The notes beneath the pieces were generated by a model, which did no database searches, was not told the origin of the DNA, and saw nothing but the letters and a program-made list of their open reading frames with translations. Both the position numbers and the translations under genes were made by a program. A stretch of DNA of 64,000 bases, taken from the NCBI GenBank assembly GCA_964016885.1, contig OZ024743.1:296980001-297044000 (forward strand), written 5' to 3'. Origin of the DNA: Eledone cirrhosa. Lineage: Eukaryota. Position 1 is the stretch's first letter. Each line of letters starts with the position of its first letter. Positions 1 through 10,401 of the stretch are shown here, in pieces.

Positions 1-1008
1 TTAATTTTGTGTTTAGAAAATAACAAAATACTCATACATAAAATTGGTATTGAAAAGGTTGAATAATAATTTCATCTCTTTGGATATCAAATAGAAAATT
101 ACCTCACCCCAACACAAAAAAATAAAAAGAAAGGAAACAGTTGAAAAAAAAACAATAAATTTAAGATTGCTGAATGTATAATCTATAATGGTAGCTGACT
201 CACTTCACAAATACTCTTTTAGCATTTATTAAATCAATGTGAAATGTGTGGTTTAGTGGTCAGGGTTTTGGGCTTACAGCTGTAATGTTATGGGTTTGAT
301 TTCTGGACCAAATGGCGTGTTGTGTTCTTGAGCAAGACATTTCATTTCATGTGATTCCATTCCATTCAGATGACAATATGAGTATTGGCAGCATCCTATC
401 TTAGAGTGAATCTTGTACTTTGATTTGCTTAATGCTAGTAAAACTGGGATAATTTCTGGCCTGATGAGGTCTTGGGCTTGGAAAAAAAAAACTTTAACTA
501 TAAACAATCAATGCCTTTGTTGAACATAACACTCTAGTAGAGATTAAATTACATTTTGCAGAATATATTTTGCAGAATGCATCATGTTTGTAAAATTTAA
601 GTTACTTTTTGTAGAATGTAACACTTTTGTAGAGTTTAAATTACTTTTTGTAGAATTTATTTTGTAGAATATATTTTCCAGATCATAGTAACATTTGAAG
701 ATTAATGTATATCATAATTGTTTGCTGGATTAGTGGATATAATAAATATTTGTGGTACTGAACATATTAGTTCTGAGTTATTGAATCTCATGTATAATAT
801 ATTACTGAATATTGCAACTACTGTATAGATCCATGGGTAGAGTTTAAATCTAGAGGAGTGAGTATGGCAATATTTTTCCTGAGTTATGGAACATAGTGTT
901 CTTTGGATTACTGAACATGTAATATTTTGTAAATTTTGTAGGGTATGAAAGGATTTCTAGCATTACTGAGTGATGACCTCAATGGTTACAGTTGCTAATG
1001 GAATATTC

Positions 1009-1226
1009 TGTAACATTATTGCTTGTGTAACATTATTGATTGTGTAACATTATTGCTCATGTAACATTATTGTTTGTATAACATTATTACTTGTGTAACA
1101 TTACTGTTTGTGTAACATTACTGATTGTGTAACATTATTGCTCATGTAACATTATTGCTCATGTAGCATTATTGCTAATGTAACATTACTTCTTGTGTAA
1201 CATTACTGATTGTGTAACATTATTGC
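1009..1226. repeat. 17-bp tandem repeat (TGTAACATTATTGCTYR), about 13 copies
   Basis: Read directly from the sequence. Confidence 0.9.
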
Positions 1227-3050
1227 ATTGATTAAATAAAAACATTAGCAAATGGAGTTCCATCAGTTTCAATGATGAGTGTTTCAGTTGTCCAATCAAC
1301 AGAATGGTCTACTCATTAAATTAGCATATAAGTGGCTGAGTATTCCATAGATATGTTTTCCCTTAATATGGTTCTAATAGAGATTCCCCATGACATGGTG
1401 AGACAAAGCAGACCTTTTGAATTACAGATACAGTCCATCTAATGAGCTTCTAAATAGTTTTCATCAACCCAATTTCACTCATAAGGCTTGGGTTATCCCA
1501 AGGCTATGATAAAAGATATTTGTCAATATGCTATTTTCAGAAGAGTTTCACATATCTTTCTATGCAATGACAAGATAAAAGCAGTTTTGAATTTCTTAAT
1601 AAGTTACTTAATCATTTATAAATCGAGAAAAACATGAGTTTTTCTAATCATTTCTGAAATAATAATTTTTACGTGGCTTAGTGATTAGGGTGTTGGGATC
1701 ATGAATATAATCTTGTGGGTTCGATTTTCTTATGACTCAGTATCTTTGAGCTTCATTTTACATTGTTCCAGTTCACTTGGTTGAAAATGAGGACCAGTAG
1801 CTGGAGATGACCGTTGCCTTGTATGTCAAATAACAATCAGATTGTTAAAGAAAGAAGATCCATACCTCCAAGTATAAAAAAAATAGCCCTCAAGAAAAGA
1901 CGTATAAAACACACCAAGGGAGCTTAAAAAAAAAGGACTGGCATCTTGTCGAGCTGGGAGTCCTGTATTCTCAGTTATTTATTGCCCTTGAAGCAGGGAT
2001 AAGTTCTGAGCTTCATCCACCCCATACAAACATGGAAGAATGGACATAAAATGGTAACTGTAATTAATTCTAACACTTTATAAATATTTCATTTCTTTTG
2101 ACAAAATTAGACAAAACTATTTAATCATTTGAAATTTAACTTTAGCCTGATATTTCTAATGAAAGATATTGCCTATGGTTTTCAAATAATTTTAAACATA
2201 ATCAATTTAAAGGGAGTTAGCAATATAATTAATTTTTTATTTTTAATCTGGTGTTTTGAACATAAATGTGCTTACATAAAATTCATGATGGAACATTTTT
2301 AGATAAATATAAACACTTAAAAATAAACAGCTTTATATCGTAGAACCAGAGGCAGCTTCATATCAAAAGGGTTAATAAAAAAGAAGACTAATGATGTTTA
2401 ATGATATTTGCATTGAATCATACGGAAAACCATAACTAAGTAAGCATTTACAACTGATTGGTGATTGTCATAAGCAATCAAAATAATAGTTAGACAGCTC
2501 AACCATGCACTTCTTATAGAAGAATGAAAGGTGAAATGAAGTAGCTAGTACTCCAGTGAATTTATTGCCATAAGAATAAATATTATTGCAAATGAATCAT
2601 ATATAGATTGTAACGAGTTAGAAATTTAGGACCTAAAATTAATCCCACTTTTCGTGCAGTTTGAAATAAAAGAGATCCAACTAATAAAAAAATTTAAAGA
2701 TTTAAATAAAATGAAATATCTTTTATATTTGAAAAAGGATTGCAGTTTCCAAAATATAAAATGGTAGAGTCCTATGTGAGGGTGGAAGAATGGTATTACA
2801 TTTTCTCTTTTTATTTATTTGTCTCATCCATTAACTTAAAAGAATAGTAATACCACCATATATATCATTGTGGAATCAAAGCAGACAAAATTGTGAATAT
2901 ATACTAAGGAAAAGAAAAAGATTTAAACAAAATTTCATTCAGTAATTTATTGAAAACTGAATATCTCTGAATGCAAATATATGTTTACATATGTATATGT
3001 GTATGTTATCATCATCATTATGCAAATCATCAGCATTTAATGACTTATAC

Positions 3051-3083
<33 letters not shown>

Positions 3084-3158
3084 CAACCAGTACTTATTAT
3101 ATATATATATATATACACACACACATATATACACATATACATCTACATATGCATGATG

Positions 3159-3195
<37 letters not shown>

Positions 3196-3677
3196 TGTAT
3201 ACATACATATAATATGCATAATTATATGTATGTTTGTATATATACATATACACCAATATGTAGGACATATATAACCATCAACATCTCATAAATATAAATA
3301 TACTGAAATGAAAAATGAAAAATGAAAAATGAAAAATGAAAAATAAAAAATAATGACATGTTAATATGAAGGAATAAAGAAAACTTTTTTTTTTAATTTT
3401 TTCTTTCTGTTTAGCTATAACACTGAAAACAAAATATCTCTCATATGTTTTCGACCAAATTTGGATTAACTTGATTGATTTGAAAAGAAAAGCCAAACAG
3501 GATCAACAGATAGAAATGTTTATGATTTTAAAATGCAATTGTATCATGTGATTAAAGAAATGTCATTTAAGAAAATTGTGTTGCTAAATAATTATGTATA
3601 ATTGCAATGTTAAATGTTGAAGGGAAAATTAGTTATAGGTAAAATATTGATCTCAACTTAAATTTTCTTAAATTATT

Positions 3678-3723
<46 letters not shown>

Positions 3724-3805
3724 TAAATATATATATGTTAAGTATTTCCGTAGGAAAGGTAAAGGAAAGAAGAGTGCTCTATGTATTGTACAGAGCTATT
3801 TAATT

Positions 3806-4029
3806 ACATAATAAACAGCACAATATAATTATTCCATTACTGAAGGTTTCGAGAAACTAGATGATTCTTACAGAAATGTCTTGCTTGGTCATCAGACAAA
3901 ACAATTATGTTTTGTCTATCCAAAACATAATTGTTTTGTCTGATAAATGAGCTAGATGTTTCTGTAAGAATTATCTAGTTTCTCGAAACCTTTGGTAATG
4001 GTATAATTATATTGTGTTGTTTATTATGT
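3806..4029. repeat. Fold-back inverted repeat, 109-bp arms and 6-nt loop
   Basis: 3806-3914 against the reverse complement of 3921-4029 gives 12 mismatches and no indels; (TA)n nearby on both sides. Confidence 0.92.
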
Positions 4030-5368
4030 TATATATATATATATATATGTATATATGATAATGATTTCTTTTGCCCTATGGCTGAACTCTTACCATTTTG
4101 CATATATAATTCAATGTTAATTTTGGATAGGGATTGACTTAGTTTCCTTGCTTTCATAACATCTTTTCTTTTTTCTATATTTTCTAAAAGCCTACTTGAT
4201 GGCACTTGCACTCACATATTACAGGTCATTCTGAATATCTCCTTAAAATGCATCCAACCAAATATAAACTGTATGGTAATCTTTTTGCAATCACTGATGC
4301 CACTGGTAGGAGATGCTTACATTTTGCAAGATATTGTTGGAGAGCTAAGCAAGATTCATAAATGATATGCTCCTATGTTCACCTGATAAAGTTATACAAG
4401 GGCTGGCCATCCATAAAATAAAACCTCCACCAACCAGTACTGTATAGATATGGGAATTTACCCTGCTGTCCTCCTGAATACTATGTGGGATTGAGATGAG
4501 TGGTGTCATCAAGTCAGACAAATCCAAGCAAACTCGAGATGAAAGACCCCCTTATTTGAAATGAGTAATGTAAGCATTGATATTTTCTGAAGGGAAGTGT
4601 GTTAATAAGATTGCTTACGAACAAATTGAATTTTCACTTTTTTCTCTTAAAGCTTCTAGAGAATTTCCTAGAAATTTTGGTAAATTTCTACATATATCAG
4701 GACTACAAAAAGTAGTTGATATGGAAGCCCTGAGACTGCAAAATGAGAGGAAAACAAATTGGTTATAATTTAGTTTACCTTTAATAAATACTATATTTAG
4801 AATGTTATAAATACTTAAAACATTTGTATTCAGTTATTAATATGAGATGCAATACAGTAGGCAATTTGATTTTGTTTTAATTAATTATTGATTTCAAAAA
4901 CATAAGAAATTCAAATCCTGAAATCATTGGAGGGGTGGTATAGTCAGATAAGTTGACATCCCTAGTTATCCGGTACTTGGTATATTTATGCTGGAAGCAT
5001 GAATGAATTAAGACATTTAGAGGCTCTTAGTACTGAAGAGATTATGGCACTCCCATATACTGTATATAGAAAAAAAATATATATGGGGCTCCTTTACACA
5101 AGGCCCTAATAATGTATTACTCAATGGTTAATTCAGAGTTGACTGGAAGGATGAAAGACAGAGTCAAACTTAGTGTGATTTGAAATCAGAACATAAAGAA
5201 ATTTAACTGACTTCCCACAAGACAGTTTGTCTTTAGCCTCTACTAACGTCTGCCAATAAAACATAAATATTTTTAAACAGCTTAGAGTTAGAAAATATGA
5301 AATTGACAAAATAATTTTTGCTGACATTGGCCCAAGCCCAGAAACTTGGTGGAACGCAGGGGAAGTTA

Positions 5369-6223
5369 ACTAGTACTTTATTAACTATTACTTTATTGAC
5401 TGGTACTTTATTAACTGGTATTTTATTGACTGGTACTTTATTAACTATTACTTTATTGACTGGTACTTTATTAACTGGTACTTTATTAACTGGTACTTTA
5501 TTAACTTTTACTTTATTGACTGGTACTTTATTGACTGGTACTTTATTAACTGGTATTTTATTGACTGGTACCTTATTGACTGGTACTTTATTAACTATTA
5601 CTTTATTGACTGGTACTTTATTAACTGGTATTTTATTAACTGGTACTTTATTGACTGGTACTTTATTAACTGGTATTTTATTGACTGGTACTTTATTGAC
5701 TGGTACTTTATTGACTGGTACTTTATTAACTGGTACTTTATTAACTGGTACTTTATTGACTGGTACTTTATTAACTGGTATTTTATTGACTGGTACTTTA
5801 TTGACTGGTACTTTATTAACTGGTATTTTATTAACTGGTACTTTATTGACTGGTACTTTATTAACTATTACTTTATTGACTGGTACTTTATTAACTGGTA
5901 TTTTATTAACTGGTACTTTATTGACTGGTACTTTATTAACTGGTATTTTATTGACTGGTACTTTATTGACTGGTACTTTATTAACTGGTATTTTATTGAC
6001 TGGTACTTTATTAACTATTACTTTATTGACTGGTACTTTATTAACTGGTACTTTATTGACTGGTACTTTATTAACTGGTATTTTATTGACTGGTACTTTA
6101 TTAACTGGTACTTTATTAACTGGTACTTTACTGACTGGTACTTTATTGACTGGTACTTTATTAACTGGTACTTTATTGACTGGTACTTTATTGACTGGTA
6201 CTTTATTAACTGGTACTTTATTG
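5369..6223. repeat. 15-bp minisatellite (ACTGGTACTTTATTR) x57, expanded inside a SINE
   Basis: 855 bp equals 57 units; the unit matches the ACTGGTACTTTATT segment of SINE family A, and SINE sequence continues on both flanks. Confidence 0.95.
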
Positions 6224-6297
6224 ACTTCAGAAAAATGAAGGCAAAGTTGAGCTTGGCGAGATTTGAATTCAGAACATTAAGAGTTGGAAGAAAATAA

Positions 6298-6479
6298 TAA
6301 TAATTGTTTCTACTTTTGGCACAAGGCCAGCAATTACCCAGTGCATTACTGGTACTTTATTTTATCGACCCCGTAAGGATGAAAAGCAAAGTTAACTTCG
6401 GCGGGATTTGAACTCAGAATAGCAAGTGCCGTAACTCTTTGTGTCAAAGCATGGCGTCCGACCCTCTACCAATACTGCC
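6298..6479 (-). mobile_element. Young tRNA-related SINE, family A
   Basis: Box-B-like GAGTTCAAATCC and body GGGGTCGATAAAATAAAGTACCAGT...GCTGGCCTTGTGCCAAAAGTAGAAACAATTATT; close copies at 20875, 28587, 51515 and 62095. Confidence 0.8.
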
Positions 6480-7129
6480 TAATAATAATATTAGATAAAT
6501 ATCTAAAATAAAATAAAATAAAATAAAATAAAATAAAATAAAATAAAATAAAAATAAATAAATAAGTAAATAAATAAATAAATGTTAGAAACTTTATATA
6601 ATCAAATATCCTGGTTTGTAAATATAAGTGATATAATGTAACTTATAAATCTATAAACATATTCACTTTTCATGTTTGATTCATGTTTAGTGTCTGAAAA
6701 TACATTGTAACAAAATGACATGTCTTGTTTTGTTATTTTTTATTTGATATATCCAACAGAGATTCAGTAAAACAATTATTGGTATATTTATTTTTCAAAT
6801 GTAGGAGAGGGAACCAAATGTTTAGTGTATGGTTAATAAAAATAAAAAAAAAATAAAAAAAAAAACAGGTAAAAAAAACATGAAAGTTGAATGAATGATA
6901 AAACAATAAAAATAGACCTTTATGTGTGTGTTTAGTTATATATAAACATATATATATAAAAGAAAATAAATTATTAGATAATATACTTTATTAAATGATA
7001 AAAGTTAAAAGAAAGAAAAAATTGGAATTGTTATAAAAAATATTACTTTTAAATAAAACATTTAATATGATAACACTTTAAAGAAAAACAGAAAAAGAAA
7101 AGAAAAAACAAACATGTTTTATGATTTCA

Positions 7130-9370
7130 GTTTGATATGCTTTAATATTTAACAAGTTTGATATTTATTTTAACAATAGGCTTCAATAGATATGTTTTTT
7201 ATATATATAATATGATAGAAAAAAAATTAATAATTGTAAAAATAAGATAATATTGCTTTTCAAATTTGATTTTTTTTAAATGCGTTAAATTAAAAAAAAA
7301 GTTGATAGAGATATCAACAATGAAGATGTTATTGCTTATTTGAATATTTTCATTGAAAATCTAACCTGATATTGCTTCAAGAGAATGAGAAAAAAACAAA
7401 TTATTTTATAGTTTTATATGACAATTTAATATAAGGAGTCACTTTCCATTTTAAATTCGATCACTCCTGATATTTTCCATTAGGAACTAGACAGTCAGGC
7501 TTGTATTATATATATGAATAAGTTTTCAAGAAGAATAGTTTATTTACAAAATCTATGAGATCTATGAGATAATATTGTTTTTCATATCTCAGTATCTAGG
7601 CATTACTAAGTGAATACTCACAAGCAGTTTACAAAACCTATAAGACTATATTGTCTTTCATAACTGGTCTTCTGGGTCTAAATAAATGGGTGCTGATGAA
7701 CAGAAACAACTGTGAAATACATGTATCTATTGCTATTGTTCTGATTCTGGTGTTGCTGGGACATGATCACATCTTAAAATACTTACAGAAAGACTAAATA
7801 AATGCATGTTTATCATACATAAACATATTGTATATAGGTTCACATATGCCTTTAATTTTAAAGAAAATAAATTATGTAAACAAGCCTCAAACAGTCTGAA
7901 GAATGATATTCAATAAGAACATTGGTTTAGATATGTTAGAGTTTATCATTTGGGGTTAATGTAAAGACAGAGTTTAGTCAAACAAGCTCCAAATAGTCCT
8001 AGAACTGAAGAATAATATTTGATAAAAAATTGGAGCATTGGTTTAGATACATTATGAGTTGCCATTTGACACTGTTTAGAAACGGGTTTGTGACACACTG
8101 AAAATGGAAGGCATTTATAAGATGTTATATCCCCCAATTAGTTCAAGGACCAGAATAAATATATTCCAAAGAAATCATTTTCTTTACATTTTCATTAAAT
8201 TGTAACCCAAGTTTTATAATGGAATGTGGCTTTTATGTCACCCTGTAGTTATCAAATTTGATATCTATTTTAACAATATGTGTTTTCTTAGAAAACTGAA
8301 TAAATGGAAAAATGTGTTGGTATGCTTTTTGAATAATTGAATTGTTGTACCAAAATATGCATTAAAGTCTTTTTTTATGAATCTTATTGCTTATTTGAAT
8401 ATTTTTTAATGGAATAATCTGGTCCAATATTGCCTTAAGAGTATAAAAAACAGATAAACATATTTTATAGCTTAAGTTAATCTGAATATAGAGTGGTGCA
8501 AAAGTTATTTTCCATTTAAAATTTGAACACTTATAATTATTTCTTTAGGAGACTTGCTTGTCAAGCTTGCATTATATGTAAATAAACTTTCAACAAGAAT
8601 AGTTTGTTTATAAACTCTATAACACAATATTGTCTTACATACCTTGGCATCCGGGTATTAGTAAATGAGTGTTAGGCTGTGAAATACATGTATCCACCAC
8701 TCTTACCCTGATTCTGAGTTAGTATAACATGATCATAGTTTAAAATACTTACAGCTAGACTAAATGTATGTTTATTATACATAAACATATTGTGTATTGG
8801 TTCATATATGTTCATACATTAGTTTAAAAAAAAAAAGAATAATATTCAATATGAAATTGGAGCATTGGTGTAGATACATTTCAAGTTGTCATGGATCACT
8901 ACCTAGAAAGGAGTTCAACTGCGTAAAACTGAAAATGGAATGCATTTATGAGGTGGTATGTTCTACAATTAGATCAAAGTATTTCCCAAGGTCCCAAATA
9001 AAGATATTCTAAAGGGAAAATGTCTTTACATTTTCATTAAAAAAATGGTATTAAAACTTTAAAATGGAAAGTGAATTTTGTGTCACTCTGTAGTTATCAA
9101 ATTTGATATTTATTTTAACAATATGCTTCTATAGATATGTCCTTTTGTTTGGTTAGAAAATGAAAAAATAAAAATAAACAATAATAAATGAGTAAATTAG
9201 AATAAATAAATAAATGTAAAAATAAATTGGTATTGCTTTCCAAATTGAATTGTTGCAAAAATGTATTATAAATGATTTTGATAAAGGTATTGGTCATGAG
9301 AATTTTATTGCTTATTTGAATATTTTTCATTGAATAATTGACAGAATCTGATAAATATGTCAAACTCAAT
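7130..9370. repeat. Old tandem duplication, about 0.85-1.1 kb unit, about 2.3 copies
   Basis: Shared anchors TTTGATAT.TATTTTAACAATA (about 7157, 8257, 9102), ATTGCTTATTTGAATATTTT (7331, 8386, 9307) and CTGTGAAATACATGTATC (about 7711, 8677). Confidence 0.8.
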
Positions 9371-10004
9371 GTATAAAAAAAGGTGGTGGTGGTGGTGGTG
9401 GTGGGGGGGGGGGGAGTTATTGCTTTTGAAGTTGAGGGATGGAAAGGGAGGGGGGATAAAAATAGTGTCTTAAATGGTCAGACCAGTCAGTGTGTTAACT
9501 TTACTGATTGCCCATGAAGAACAGAGATAGTATTGGATTTTTAAAACACTTTATATATTGTATATAAAATGTTTTGATAAAGATATTTCAGCTATTTATC
9601 CCCCACATTATTGGACAGGAAAATATTATTGCTTGTATAATAGTCATGGACAAGAAAATTTATTAAGTTATTGCTTTTCGAATACTTTTGAATAAATTTC
9701 AGAAATTTCATAAATTTCATGATTTTCATAAATTATACGAAATACTTATTTCCTATGAATACAAAATGTTATTATTGCTTTTGTGAATATTTGGTTTGTA
9801 AATAGGTTTTAAAAAATTGTTGTGACTTGTTTTCTTTTTATAAGGTATAAACAAAAACATTATTGCTTTTTAGAATATGTTCATGAAATGAGTTTGAATT
9901 TGGAAGTTTTTTTTCATCAGCACATGGTGATAAAGTTTATATAGAATGACAACAGATTTTCTTTTTTTTTTAGACAATTCAGTGGAGAGAGGAAATTATT
10001 GCTT
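7251..10004 (-). promoter_or_regulatory. Cluster of 12 candidate miR-137 target sites (AAGCAAUA on the minus strand)
   Basis: Plus-strand TATTGCTT at 7251, 7330, 7370, 8385, 9231, 9306, 9418, 9627, 9669, 9773, 9861 and 9997, identical to the 5' end of miR-137; six are followed by GAATA; transcription is not shown by sequence alone. Confidence 0.6.
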
Positions 10005-10357
10005 TCTGTAATTTTATCTTAATGGGAAAAAATAAATTATTTAAACAAAATGAAATAGATGGAACATGTAGATCAACTTCATGTAGCACAGTTGTTGAAG
10101 AGAAAACATTATGGACATGTTCAAGAACAAAAGAAAAATATGAACATTTATATCAGAATATCAGAGGATTGATTGAAAATTTAAAGTGTATTAAACTTAT
10201 TTTTATTGATCTCATAAATTAGCAGCGGATCGGCATAAAAATTATTAATTTAAAATCTTAATTTGATTAACACCAATTATTCTAGTAAGAAAACCTTTGT
10301 TAACTAACTAACTGTGTATATATATATATATAGTTAGAAAAATAATATAATCCCTTA

Positions 10358-10401
<44 letters not shown>

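Noticed and set aside
551-970. Recurring TTTTGYAGAAT and TTACTGA motifs
   Set aside because: Look like decayed short tandem repeats; I could not match them to a miRNA seed or factor motif with confidence
3806-4029. G:U bias in the hairpin (8 of 12 mismatches are G:U-compatible on the plus strand) as evidence of a selected hpRNA
   Set aside because: Six of the eight are three TG/CA dinucleotide pairs explained by independent CpG decay in both arms, leaving too few independent events
5369-6223. CRISPR-like array
   Set aside because: Head-to-tail repeats with no unique spacers, no cas genes, and a eukaryotic context; the same applies to 1009-1226 and 30902-32130
5318-6238. 306-aa ORF of (TGTLL)n
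   Set aside because: By-product of a 15-bp stop-free minisatellite inside a SINE; non-ATG start and no other coding evidence
7251-10004. Plus-strand cluster of miR-137 precursor genes
   Set aside because: In the flanks I inspected there is no complementary 5' arm to form hairpins, and similarity stops after GAATA with variable spacers; target sites on the minus strand fit better
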